Shown: positions 37,939-47,771 of the stretch, piece by piece | Numbering within the stretch: position 1 is the first letter of the stretch | How the letters are laid out: each line of letters begins with the position of its first letter | Source: a virus | Direction: 5' to 3' (one strand) | Virus record (IMG/VR): IMGVR_UViG_3300048838_001106 | Coordinates: 92,270-156,269 of that record | DNA length: 64,000 nt | The notes under the pieces: generated by a model | The model's input: only the letters and a program-made list of their open reading frames with translations | Database searches by the model: none | What the model was told of the DNA's origin: nothing | Position numbers and translations under genes: made by a program

Positions 37939-38325
37939 TTATACCGCCGGTCCAGGACTTCCGTCTATGATCGCACCAGACCAGGGGCGATAAGCATCAT
38001 GCTCGTCCCATGTACTTGTAGGACTAGGGTCGGTGCTGTCGTACCCGACTTGAGGTTTTTTGCCGCGGTCGCGGTTTTGGTCCACTGTCTCGCTTACTGC
38101 TACTTCCTGGTCAAAAGCTGGACCTTCAGATGTCTTTACAACGTTTCTGGAAGGCTCACTAGCAATAGAGTCTTGGTGCTGAACATCGTGGAACATGTTT
38201 CGTATGCGATATGTCTGCTCTTGCGCCGTTTGAGGAACGTGAGCATACGATTCTGTTCGGCTGCTTTCTTCTTCCAGGAGGGCCCTTTTGATTAGGGCAA
38301 TCCCAAATGCTTGGCCTGGCGTCAC
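37939..38325 (-). CDS. KxA-leader hypothetical protein
   Basis: MTPGQAFGIALIKRA; GGAGG RBS. Confidence 0.6.
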   Translation of the reverse strand: MTPGQAFGIALIKRALLEEESSRTESYAHVPQTAQEQTYRIRNMFHDVQHQDSIASEPSRNVVKTSEGPAFDQEVAVSETVDQNRDRGKKPQVGYDSTDPSPTSTWDEHDAYRPWSGAIIDGSPGPAV

Positions 38326-38830
38326 TTAACACCTCCTACGCCAGAAAGAGTGGAGTTTGAGACTGGGGGCTCTGCCGTGTCCGATGCCTGACCCCTGTCA
38401 TTCAGACCGCGCCACGCAGATTCGACGCCGGCGGCGTTGTCAAATTCCTCCTCTGGATTGTACACACCGTCTGTCGGGTTTGTGTTGGACGCTGCGTATG
38501 GCCGGCGGGATGCCTCCCAGCTGACGGCCATAGCTATCTTCGACACAGCACGTATTGTGCGCCGTGCAGTCAACCCGTCCTTCTTTGCCTCTCGGAACGG
38601 GTCATGCTGCACGTAATGCGGCGTTTCTCCTCGAGCAACTTGTTCCTGGTACGTTTCCTCTGATGGCACCATCAGAATGTTGGAGGCCATTGTGTCTTCG
38701 AATCCTGGTATGAGCGGTGCGTAGTACGTAGCCGCACCCCTGTCCTGCAGCACCTTGTCTGATAGGCGCCGCCACACGTCTGTGCCAGGTTGTTTTGCCA
38801 CACTAAGAGCGCGGTCGACAATGTCGTCCA

Positions 38831-38831
<1 letters not shown>
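38322..38831 (-). CDS. hypothetical protein (internal SKIA)
   Basis: Coupled stop/start with both neighbours. Confidence 0.6.
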
Positions 38832-39217
<386 letters not shown>

Positions 39218-39227
39218 GAGAGTACCT

Positions 39228-39695
39228 TTAGGCAATGACGCGTCCACCGGAAGAAGACGTGGATATGAAGTTTGCAATTACCAGGTTCGGCACTACTGCT
39301 GCCGCTCCTACCACAACGCGCAGTAGCTGTGTGCGCAGGAACTCTCTGTTTACTATTTCCAGAGATGGCCCGGTACCGGAAGCGATAGGAACGTCTTGAG
39401 CAGGGTCATTGACCTGCCCTGCAATGCCTCCTGCGATGCCGGAAGTCATGTACAGAGTCCATGTCACATTGGAACCGCAGGATATGAACACGGTAGTACA
39501 AAACGGCGCGAATTTCTTAGCTACGGGATGCGGATCGAACAGGCCGCCACCGGGCGCCCCCAGTTCTGGCGTTTCGATCACGCCGCGTGTCGAGTTCCAC
39601 GTCTGAACTCCGCCATTTTCTACGCCGGTCATAGCGTGCGACACGGCAGTAGATTGTTGCATGCCGATAGCTACTGGTCCCAGTGTTACGTTCAT
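39228..39695 (-). CDS. hypothetical virion protein
   Basis: 155 aa, beta-rich, within the structural operon. Confidence 0.55.
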   Translation of the reverse strand: MNVTLGPVAIGMQQSTAVSHAMTGVENGGVQTWNSTRGVIETPELGAPGGGLFDPHPVAKKFAPFCTTVFISCGSNVTWTLYMTSGIAGGIAGQVNDPAQDVPIASGTGPSLEIVNREFLRTQLLRVVVGAAAVVPNLVIANFISTSSSGGRVIA

Positions 39696-39705
39696 TGGTT
39701 ATCTC

Positions 39706-40185
39706 TTAGCTGTGTTGGAATCTTGAAACGTTAGCGTACCCGCTGGACATCGTACCATAGCCCGACTCGAGATTGCGAGATGTTTTGAGCTCGCGCGCCT
39801 GCATCATGAAATCATTCTTCAGCTGAGCAGCTTGCGAGGCGTACAGCTGGTATTTGTCATCAAGACCTACCACCCCGAGCCCGTCCGTCTGGACCGAAAT
39901 TTGATTCCTCGCCTGCAAAAAAGACTCAGACAGCATCAACCACCTACATATGCCGGTAATCAGAAGGCCTTCTGGTAAATCCCGCCAGTGCACGCTTGTT
40001 ATTGGAGGCATGGCGTTGTAGTCGCTCATGGTCAGGCGTAGAGCTCCTCGGATTTCCCTGTCTGGGAATTGCACGTCATCTAGGAGCACGTTGTTCGGTA
40101 TGAAGTCGCGAAGGATCATACGACACATGTCGACTACTTCCTTCATTTCCTCATCGCTTATGTCAAATGTAGTGGACACCGCCAT
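39706..40185 (-). CDS. putative head-tail adaptor
   Basis: 159 aa, helical, downstream of the capsid gene; GAGGTG RBS. Confidence 0.5.
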   Translation of the reverse strand: MAVSTTFDISDEEMKEVVDMCRMILRDFIPNNVLLDDVQFPDREIRGALRLTMSDYNAMPPITSVHWRDLPEGLLITGICRWLMLSESFLQARNQISVQTDGLGVVGLDDKYQLYASQAAQLKNDFMMQARELKTSRNLESGYGTMSSGYANVSRFQHS

Positions 40186-40193
40186 ATGTCACC

Positions 40194-40793
40194 TCATGGA
40201 ATAGGGCCAGGAACTCCTACCTCTACTGCCACGGTAGTCAGTCCTGGCTTTGAAAATACTATCATGTAGGACATGCCTGGAGCTACAGTAACAGGAGCGG
40301 TCCAGTATCCTCGATGGTCGGTAGATGACAGGCCGTACGGCGGCACTAGATTCCTAAGATCGTACGCTGTTTTTTCGTACACGTAAACCCGAGCGCCCTC
40401 TACTGGGCCGCCGTCTTCGTCCACAAACTTGAACGCTTCAAAGCCGCCATAAGACTCGTGCAGATGTGCGACCTCTTCGAATGGATTTGGAAACACAACT
40501 CCGTTTACGACGTAAACACGAAGAACCTGGTCTGTAAACAGCTCATCTGTGTCGGCTGCTCGAGGCAGGATTACCCACACGCCTGTGAAGTCTGTGTCCA
40601 GTACCAGTAGCCACTCTCCAGGCTGGTCTGGATTCTCGGACATGGTCCACTTACCGTCCACCAATTGGTCAAAGCTTCTGTAGACACTATCTGAGTCCAG
40701 ATACAACCCTGTCTTGTCGTCACGCACGTAAGCGTAGTAAGACAGCGCCACGTCTATGTCGCTGCCGGGCGCGTATAAGCGGTAAGTGAACAT
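40194..40793 (-). CDS. hypothetical virion protein with Ig/prealbumin-like C-terminal domain
   Basis: VDEDGGPVEGARVYVY...STD..G.W....PG..Y...FSKPG. Confidence 0.6.
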   Translation of the reverse strand: MFTYRLYAPGSDIDVALSYYAYVRDDKTGLYLDSDSVYRSFDQLVDGKWTMSENPDQPGEWLLVLDTDFTGVWVILPRAADTDELFTDQVLRVYVVNGVVFPNPFEEVAHLHESYGGFEAFKFVDEDGGPVEGARVYVYEKTAYDLRNLVPPYGLSSTDHRGYWTAPVTVAPGMSYMIVFSKPGLTTVAVEVGVPGPIP

Positions 40794-40806
40794 TGTACCA
40801 ACTCAC

Positions 40807-41343
40807 TTATTTTGCAGAAAGGTAATCTTCGTAGGCGTCTTCGAGCGCTTTTTTTGTCGAAGAGTCGGCATCATCAATGCCGAGAGCTTTCAAGTAGTCG
40901 ATCTGCTCTTCCTTCTTCAGGAGCCGGAAATTGGTGATGGACAGCAGGTCTTCCCCTTCCGATTTTTCCAAGTTCTCCTCTGGACCAGCCACGGCTGGGG
41001 CATCTGGCAGCACGTCTGTGGTCGGTGCTGGCGAGCCTTCCGCCGCAGCTTCGGCCGGCGCCGGCACTGCTTCTGCAGGCAGTTGCACTTTTTTCGCCAC
41101 TGCGACTTCTTTTTTCAGCGCAGCAGCTACCTTTACAACGCCACTAATCGAGTGCCTGCTCCCGTGCTTGACCGCAAACTCAGAGTCAGCCATTAGACTC
41201 AGATTTCCAGAAGACCGCAGCGTCTGAACGTCTGTGTGCGCAGCTTGTGCCGCGGTTACAGGCTTTGCCGCTTGCGCGTTTAGTGTGATACCAAGCCCTG
41301 GGAGTACCAGGCGTGCAGATGTTAAGTTTTTGATGATGGGCAT
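40807..41343 (-). CDS. hypothetical protein
   Basis: 178 aa with an A/P/E-rich linker; GGAG RBS. Confidence 0.6.
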   Translation of the reverse strand: MPIIKNLTSARLVLPGLGITLNAQAAKPVTAAQAAHTDVQTLRSSGNLSLMADSEFAVKHGSRHSISGVVKVAAALKKEVAVAKKVQLPAEAVPAPAEAAAEGSPAPTTDVLPDAPAVAGPEENLEKSEGEDLLSITNFRLLKKEEQIDYLKALGIDDADSSTKKALEDAYEDYLSAK

Positions 41344-41361
41344 AGATCACTCCGTAGGGTC

Positions 41362-41390
41362 AAAAAAAAAAAGAGGCCGAAGCCTCTTTT
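41362..41390 (-). terminator. intrinsic terminator after the capsid gene
   Basis: AAAGAGGC-TTCG-GCCTC followed by T11 on the - strand (C-UUCG-G tetraloop). Confidence 0.85.
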
Positions 41391-41416
41391 TACACGAAAA
41401 CAAGAGATTATCAATC

Positions 41417-42322
41417 TCAGAGGCGTACGCGCGTAATCGACTTAGTGTTACCGATGCCGATTCCAGGCGCAGCGTATGAGAAGAACTCGATCATGTCGGC
41501 TTCCTGCTTGATGAACAGCGTCGCGTCCTGAAGCAAGAAGAAGTTGCCGAGGTACTCTTGAGGACCAAAGACAAAGAACTCATTGGCGGGAAGGATGTCG
41601 TTCTTGATGGTCGTAATGACGGGGTAGCCCCAGAGAACGTTTTCGTTCTCGACGCCTTCGTCATAGTGACGCGCCGCCACCGGATCGCCGACAGAAGTTG
41701 CGGGCAGCTTCAAGCAATCGTAGTAGAGCTCCTTGGTCATCAAGATCTTTCCAACGGGAATGCGTCGTGATGTAAGGTTCTTGAAAGCGTCAGCAACGTT
41801 GTCTGCGGTAAGACCACCAACCGGCGTCAACTCTTGAGCAGGGTTCATCGAAATGATGGTGTCAAGAGTCTCGTAGAAACGCTCGTCTTCCTGGTCCGCC
41901 ATGTCCTTCACAGAGTTGTCCGAGAGGATCTTGCGGATGTCGTTCTGATACGTCATCAGCTCGAACTTCGATTTGCGGAATCGCTGCGATTCGGTCTTGC
42001 CGAAGTACACTGCGTAGCGAGGTCCTTTGAACCACGTACGGGGGCCTGTGCCTTTGAATGGAACAAACGTGGCGCGTGAATCGGGCTCGATCTCTACGAT
42101 CTTCTTGGGAAGATCGGTGTGCTCGTCACGGTCGAGCTCGTCATCCGACAGGAGCTGTGGCGGGAGGATCTCTCGCGCAAACGACGCCTGGCGCAGTTTC
42201 GATCGAATGAATGCGGAGCCCTCCGCCTGGGCTTCCTTCGTCTGGCCGTTTTCAATCTTTCGAATGAAGTTGCTGTTAACAAGCTGCGCACTTACGCGCG
42301 AGGTTTCTGTATTATATGACAT
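41417..42322 (-). CDS. major capsid protein (HK97-like fold)
   Basis: 301 aa; FIR.KLR..SFAR.ILPP, D....ED..F, C-terminal GIGIGN..SI; strong terminator after it; lies between the protease/scaffold and neck genes; TKEA near the N-terminus. Confidence 0.75.
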   Translation of the reverse strand: MSYNTETSRVSAQLVNSNFIRKIENGQTKEAQAEGSAFIRSKLRQASFAREILPPQLLSDDELDRDEHTDLPKKIVEIEPDSRATFVPFKGTGPRTWFKGPRYAVYFGKTESQRFRKSKFELMTYQNDIRKILSDNSVKDMADQEDERFYETLDTIISMNPAQELTPVGGLTADNVADAFKNLTSRRIPVGKILMTKELYYDCLKLPATSVGDPVAARHYDEGVENENVLWGYPVITTIKNDILPANEFFVFGPQEYLGNFFLLQDATLFIKQEADMIEFFSYAAPGIGIGNTKSITRVRL

Positions 42323-42371
42323 GGTATTAACCTTGGTTGTATTGAATCGCTAAACGAATCACCGCCTGCTA

Positions 42372-42887
42372 TTACACAGTTACGGTGAGGACTCCTCGAG
42401 CACTGTCGTATGCACGGACTTCTGCGTATGGACGGTAGCCAGCTTTGGTAGCCAGGCTCTCGAGCTTCCCGCCGATGACGGTGACGTTGGTGCCAGGAGT
42501 ATAAGAACCGGCAACAAACTCCTCAGTCTCGAACATGTACGTTCCGCGAATTGCCACAACCTTCCATGGAATGTATCCAAGAGCGCCGCTGACATTCCCG
42601 TGCTGCAGGCCGTCGAAGTTTTGAGCGGTTGCACCAGACACTACCAGCCAGAACTGCTTGTCTGTAGACAGCGCGGTTGCCAGAGCAGGTGCGCTAGTGG
42701 TAGCGGCGGTGCCCCAGTCGGAGGCGGTAGCGCGGGCCAGTGTGCCGTCAGACTGCTGAAAGCATACATCGCCTTCCACCAGAGGAGCGTTTGAAGGCAC
42801 CGTACTGTGCTGCTTGAAGTCCTGTTCGATGGTCGAAGTGTCGGGCCATCCGCGAATCACATCAAATAGAGAATTGAGAGTACTCAT
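42372..42887 (-). CDS. putative capsid decoration / cement protein
   Basis: 171 aa immediately upstream of the capsid gene; ETEEF....Y.PG..VT...GKL. Confidence 0.55.
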   Translation of the reverse strand: MSTLNSLFDVIRGWPDTSTIEQDFKQHSTVPSNAPLVEGDVCFQQSDGTLARATASDWGTAATTSAPALATALSTDKQFWLVVSGATAQNFDGLQHGNVSGALGYIPWKVVAIRGTYMFETEEFVAGSYTPGTNVTVIGGKLESLATKAGYRPYAEVRAYDSARGVLTVTV

Positions 42888-42917
42888 CTATGCTCCTGGG
42901 TCATATAGACCGGATTG

Positions 42918-43283
42918 TTATTTAAGAACCCAACTGAGGAAATGATCATCTTCAGGTGGGAGGTTGGCTGCTGTTTTTGTCTGAGTATCCATGGAGGACC
43001 CCAGCTCTTCTGCCTCATCAAACGAGGAGAGCTTTTCTAAAAGTGCTGAGACGGCAGGGTCGCTGGATGCAGCCAGTTTGCTGATCATGGCGTCATCGAT
43101 GCTTTTGCCCATAACGGTTTGAAGTTTTTCTTTCAACACCGTTGCCTTCTTTTCGACCACGTCGCCGTGCACCTTAGAGGCTATCTTTTCAAGCTCGGCG
43201 GAACGCACTTCCAGAGCCTGGATGTACTCCGCGCTTTTTTCAAAGATGTCAGCTATGGTATCTAAAGGGTGTTGCTGCGACAT
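42918..43283 (-). CDS. putative scaffold protein, KxA-rich
   Basis: Helical; EKSA, EKIA, KKAT, SKLA, TKTA. Confidence 0.6.
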   Translation of the reverse strand: MSQQHPLDTIADIFEKSAEYIQALEVRSAELEKIASKVHGDVVEKKATVLKEKLQTVMGKSIDDAMISKLAASSDPAVSALLEKLSSFDEAEELGSSMDTQTKTAANLPPEDDHFLSWVLK

Positions 43284-43349
43284 AATGTATGCTCATGTTC
43301 TCAGTTTGAATGAAGTTATCATCGAACTCCGTGCTCGTAAACACTTTGT

Positions 43350-43520
43350 TTACGACAGACGAGAGTCTCGACGAAGTTTTGCTGTCAACAAAGCTAGCCC
43401 AGTAGATGCCTCTACGACCTGGGCCGTTTTTGTTGTTTTGTCGATACGTGCCTGCCTCCGCAATAGCTCTGCTACTTTTCGGAATATCTCAGCGGTATCA
43501 GTAGTATCTTGGTGATGCAC
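43350..43520 (-). CDS. small KxA protein
   Basis: GTG at 43520 with GGAGG; FRKVA, TKTA. Confidence 0.55.
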   Translation of the reverse strand: MHHQDTTDTAEIFRKVAELLRRQARIDKTTKTAQVVEASTGLALLTAKLRRDSRLS

Positions 43521-44490
43521 TTTGGCCTCCAAAGTTAGACATAGCTTGCCCTGCCTGTCCGATTATTTTTGGAGCAGCCACACCGGTGGCTAGCCCAGCA
43601 CCGAATGCCAGGTTGCGATTGCGGTCGGCCTCGGCCTTGGATTTGTTTTTACCATAGTGGTAGGCACCAGCAGTGCTCACAGTGCCTGCTGTCGCCAAGC
43701 CGAGCGGTAACTTCCAGTTCCGACGTGTCAAATCAACTTCGTCATCAGCTGCATCAGCAGCCGCGTTGCCCGTGCCAGGTGCAGGACCAGCGGCGGCTGC
43801 CTGAGACGGGGGTGGGCTAGCTGCCTGAGACGGGGGTGGGCTAGCAGCCGCGTTGCCCGTGCCAGGTGCAGGACCAGCGGCGGCTGTCTGAGACGATGCA
43901 GAGCCGTTGTATGTAGGAACCGTGCCGGCACTTGAAGACGCTGGTGCTGGACCAGCAGCTGCAGCTCTCGACGGGGCCGTGCCTGCGATAGACGGGTCCA
44001 TCTTTGCGGGTCTAACTTCAGGTGCCTTCGCCACAAAATCAACAACGCTTCGCTGCCACTCTTCTGGCGACACCATGTTCCCTGCAGCGTCTCTCATCCT
44101 AACTGCAGGAGCAGCAGGAGCAGCAGGAGCAGGACTTTCAAACATACGGTAGACACTGTCAGGTATTTTCTCACCGATGCGGTCCACTCCTTTGTATATT
44201 TTTTCGGCCGCATTGTTTAGCCCACGCTCAAATCCAGCGAACATACGGCCGCCTATGCCGGCGTTTTTTTCTTCGCTGCCGTACACAAGAGTGAGCACGT
44301 CATCAATGGACACGTCAGACGTGTATGTCCGTGTGTAGTCGGCTGCTAATTTGAGCAGGGTACCTAACTCCGGGTTGGCATGGACGTATTCTTCGTAGTC
44401 CCATGGCGGAGTCACAACGTATTCCGGTGCGGCTGCAGTTTTGTGCATCTCCGCGTAGATCGCCTCAATGCTGTTGGCTATAGAAGACAT
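43498..44490 (-). CDS. KxA protein with Ala/Pro-rich linker and C-terminal hydrophobic helices
   Basis: HKTA, LKLA, EKNA; internal direct repeats at ~43755-43895. Confidence 0.65.
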   Translation of the reverse strand: MSSIANSIEAIYAEMHKTAAAPEYVVTPPWDYEEYVHANPELGTLLKLAADYTRTYTSDVSIDDVLTLVYGSEEKNAGIGGRMFAGFERGLNNAAEKIYKGVDRIGEKIPDSVYRMFESPAPAAPAAPAVRMRDAAGNMVSPEEWQRSVVDFVAKAPEVRPAKMDPSIAGTAPSRAAAAGPAPASSSAGTVPTYNGSASSQTAAAGPAPGTGNAAASPPPSQAASPPPSQAAAAGPAPGTGNAAADAADDEVDLTRRNWKLPLGLATAGTVSTAGAYHYGKNKSKAEADRNRNLAFGAGLATGVAAPKIIGQAGQAMSNFGGQSASPRYY

Positions 44491-44515
44491 GACACCGCCT
44501 TAGGATAAACCCGGA

Positions 44516-45187
44516 TTATTGAGTGAGTTGTGCGTGCAAAGACTGCATGTGCTCGAAGCCTCGTTCGAAACAGTCATTACTCAGTGCTGCGACCTTTTCG
44601 AGACCGTCGTAGACGCCCTCCATGAAGTCTGCTTGCTGTGCGGCCGCTGTTTTCTCTGCGCCAGTCAATACGCCAAGCGCCCAGTCCGCATCATTGTATC
44701 CTGACACAGCAGCTTCTTTGATCATGACACCTTCAGCGTAGGCCGCCGTTTTCTCTGCGCCAGTCAGCGCGTCTAGCGCCCAGTCCGCATCATAGTATCC
44801 TGACACGGCAGCTTCTTTGATCATGGCATCCTCAGCGTAAGCGTTGTACGCGGCTGTTTTGTGTGAGCCTGGCGTTGGCGCGTTCGCTGCAAACTGGTTA
44901 GCGCGGCTAATAAAGCCGTCAAACACAGCGGCGCCGTAAAGCTGCGCTTCTTTGTGCATGCGATGTTCATCAGCAGCGGCCAGATCAGATGCCATTTTTT
45001 CTAGAGAGGCGACGGCCGACTCACTGGCTACTTTTTCTCGAGGCTGATTCAGCTGATTCAGGCTTGCACTCAGCGCGTTGCGCGCCGCATTGACGTCGAC
45101 TTGCTGGGCCGGCTGCGCCGCAGCTGCCGTTTTTTCCACAGGTGGACGATTGAGGTCCGACAAAATTTGCATGATAGATTGAGACAT
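44516..45187 (-). CDS. KxA-dense inner-head / scaffold protein
   Basis: About ten K-x-A sites (EKTA, EKVA, EKMA, HKEA, HKTA, IKEA...); internal duplication. Confidence 0.7.
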   Translation of the reverse strand: MSQSIMQILSDLNRPPVEKTAAAAQPAQQVDVNAARNALSASLNQLNQPREKVASESAVASLEKMASDLAAADEHRMHKEAQLYGAAVFDGFISRANQFAANAPTPGSHKTAAYNAYAEDAMIKEAAVSGYYDADWALDALTGAEKTAAYAEGVMIKEAAVSGYNDADWALGVLTGAEKTAAAQQADFMEGVYDGLEKVAALSNDCFERGFEHMQSLHAQLTQ

Positions 45188-45247
45188 TCTAAGTCCTTCG
45201 TTCGAGTGGTTACAACATAAGACACATTACCCAGATTTGGCAAGGCG

Positions 45248-47227
45248 TCAACGCATTAAGGCTTCTCCGATCGCCTGTATAGCATCTTCAAGGTCTACTT
45301 CATCGACAGTGGCATTCGCGAATTTAGATATGATTGGAGTCAAGTCTGGAATGTGATTTCTGACACTGGCTGCAACCGATGACGGGTGCAGTGCCATTAG
45401 TCCAGCCAGCGCGGTTGTGTTCGCGAGCCAACCCGCACTTGGGTTGTCCTGATACATTCTTGTGATTTCTGACGGCGCACCCACCATATCTTGTGTGAGC
45501 AGCGCCGTGGTTAGCGCGCCCCCGGCTATTGGAATTCCTACGTTACGCAGACCTGATGCACGTTTTTCCACGAATTCAGTGTTTACAGGGACCTTGACAC
45601 CCTCAAGCGTCTCTACGGTGGGTGTCCGCTGCTTTGTCAGCGTATCTGTGACACCCCACGCGCCACCCAACAACGCCGGTGCGGCCAGCACAGGGTGCCG
45701 GCCCGACAAGGCTTTGTATCCAATACCCGTCACCGCTGCCAATCCAGCAGCCTCTGCCATCTCTTTTTTTCGGTTGGACCAGTCAGCCTTTTCCCCTGCG
45801 CGGCGAGTCGTCTGATAAGTTTTGCCTGTCTTGTCGTCTTGCCAGTGCAGAGGCTGATTTGTCTCGGAGTAGTATGCGTTGGTAGCAGACATATTTTCGT
45901 CACCAGGCAATAGCGTTGCAATGCCTGATTGTTCGGCTAGCCCACCAACACTCTCTGGAACGTATCGCCGGGCAAGATAGTCCTTGTAAAGGGCCCTCTT
46001 TTCTTGCATAGGCGATGTCAGGTCTATCAGGTCCCGTCGGATGTATTCATGGCTCAACTTCACTAAGCCGGCGCGCTCTATCGCCGTCAAAATTTGTGGT
46101 GCCACGCGCAGGGCAGCGGCAACTTTCCCCTGCGAGTACGATAGGCGTTGCTCTATGTCTGGGTCACTAGGTAAGCCTTTCAACATACATATGAGCCGGA
46201 ACAGTTCTACAACGGTGGGCAACATCCCGATAGCGAACATGGAGCTTGCCAATTGAGGTGCGCTGCAGCCGCCAACAGAGGATAGTGCTCTGACGCTGAG
46301 AGTTGGAATCCCCGACTTCCATGGACTTAGAATCTTTGTTGTGTGGTTGACAGCGTTAACTTCAGCCGCGTCCAGCGACGGAGTAGACCTCGGATCAACA
46401 ACGTCACCGGCTACCACCTTTTCTATATCAGACACTTTCTGAAGCGCGCTTCGCTTTTCAGAGATGTCTTGCTCTTCCGCGCCTAAGTCTGCAGATGTTC
46501 GCACATCATATATGTAGGCGACTTTTTTCATCATGAAACCGATGCGATCGGCAGGCTTAAACACGAAGCTGATGTCGAACAAATCTGGTGCGGGGTTCCA
46601 CACAAAGTGACGCTCGCCATCGGGCATCAAACGGTTCATGCCATATTTAGGATTGGTACCGTTCACATGCTCGCAGTACTGCGCACGTGTGGGAGCCCGA
46701 TTGCCGCAGTGATTGCACACATCGTATTTGATGCGGCATCCCATGGACACTGCGGGGTAGTCACCTGCGTCTATTCGATCCACAATGTCTTGCCCCGCGC
46801 TATGTGATACGCGCAAGAACAATTCGACACGGTGCATTTTGTGATTATAGAACGACTTCCTGACGCCGCCCATGGACTTAGCAGGATCTTTGTTGATGTG
46901 GTGGCGATATACGTGCGCGCGCCGCTCAAATGAGCTGTGGTGCTCTGGAAGGGTTTCGCCTGGCGCCACTGCCCACTGCCCATTTACCTTTACCGGTTTC
47001 TCGGCAAACGCATCTCCGTTCCTGTTAGGACCGTAGTACTCGGAGGCACTCATTGCGAGTACCAGGACGTTGGTAAATCCTGGCTCGGTCGTAATGGTGG
47101 AAGCGTAGTCCATCACATCACTGGACGCATACTTATACAGGTGCCTGTCGCGAAGATCCAGGATCTGACATCTCGGCTCTCCTGTTTCCTCGAAATATTC
47201 GTCGAATGTGATGGTCTTTGGAAGCAT
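45248..47227 (-). CDS. prohead maturation protease with C-terminal extension
   Basis: N.NGD.F, YRHH.NKD, catalytic-type VSMGC followed by C..C...YC.H Zn insert, FDISFV..PAD; later KKVA, EKRA sites and hydrophobic helices. Confidence 0.78.
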   Translation of the reverse strand: MLPKTITFDEYFEETGEPRCQILDLRDRHLYKYASSDVMDYASTITTEPGFTNVLVLAMSASEYYGPNRNGDAFAEKPVKVNGQWAVAPGETLPEHHSSFERRAHVYRHHINKDPAKSMGGVRKSFYNHKMHRVELFLRVSHSAGQDIVDRIDAGDYPAVSMGCRIKYDVCNHCGNRAPTRAQYCEHVNGTNPKYGMNRLMPDGERHFVWNPAPDLFDISFVFKPADRIGFMMKKVAYIYDVRTSADLGAEEQDISEKRSALQKVSDIEKVVAGDVVDPRSTPSLDAAEVNAVNHTTKILSPWKSGIPTLSVRALSSVGGCSAPQLASSMFAIGMLPTVVELFRLICMLKGLPSDPDIEQRLSYSQGKVAAALRVAPQILTAIERAGLVKLSHEYIRRDLIDLTSPMQEKRALYKDYLARRYVPESVGGLAEQSGIATLLPGDENMSATNAYYSETNQPLHWQDDKTGKTYQTTRRAGEKADWSNRKKEMAEAAGLAAVTGIGYKALSGRHPVLAAPALLGGAWGVTDTLTKQRTPTVETLEGVKVPVNTEFVEKRASGLRNVGIPIAGGALTTALLTQDMVGAPSEITRMYQDNPSAGWLANTTALAGLMALHPSSVAASVRNHIPDLTPIISKFANATVDEVDLEDAIQAIGEALMR

Positions 47228-47231
47228 CTAA

Positions 47232-47771
47232 TCACCCCTCAATCGGCATAATACCGTACTGCGTACCCTGCTCTTGCTTAGGACGGGTAGCGCGGTCTAT
47301 CACACCTTTAGCACCGTAGCCCGTCAAGGCCATCGCACCCAGACCAGCGCCGGCTTGAAGGGCTCGATCGCGTGCCTGCTCAGTGGCTTTGTCTGACGCG
47401 GCTGTCGCATACAGATAAGCGGGTGCTCCCGCGCCTGTAGCCAGTGCGCCGCCGGTCAACATGGATTTGCCAGCAGACCTGAGCATCTCATTTTTGCTGA
47501 TGCCGTCTAAAACACCCCCAACGCCTGCTGTCTTGTCCAGACCAAGCACTGAAGACAGGGCGCTGAGTCCACCAAAGATGGCTTCGTTCTCCTTTCGAAC
47601 AGCCGCAGCATGTTTGGCGATGTGTCCGGCAGCATGCGCCAGCGTGAATTCCTCGGCCTCATTGTCGTGTCCGAGCAAAGAGGTAAGCGGAGCGGACCTC
47701 AGGTACGCCGTTTTCACTGTCCCGAGGCTGCCTTCTAAAGCGCGCCACAACAGGTTATCTAAATCATTCAT
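47232..47771 (-). CDS. KxA protein with Gly/Ala hydrophobic helices
   Basis: VKTA, AKHA, DKTAG. Confidence 0.65.
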   Translation of the reverse strand: MNDLDNLLWRALEGSLGTVKTAYLRSAPLTSLLGHDNEAEEFTLAHAAGHIAKHAAAVRKENEAIFGGLSALSSVLGLDKTAGVGGVLDGISKNEMLRSAGKSMLTGGALATGAGAPAYLYATAASDKATEQARDRALQAGAGLGAMALTGYGAKGVIDRATRPKQEQGTQYGIMPIEG

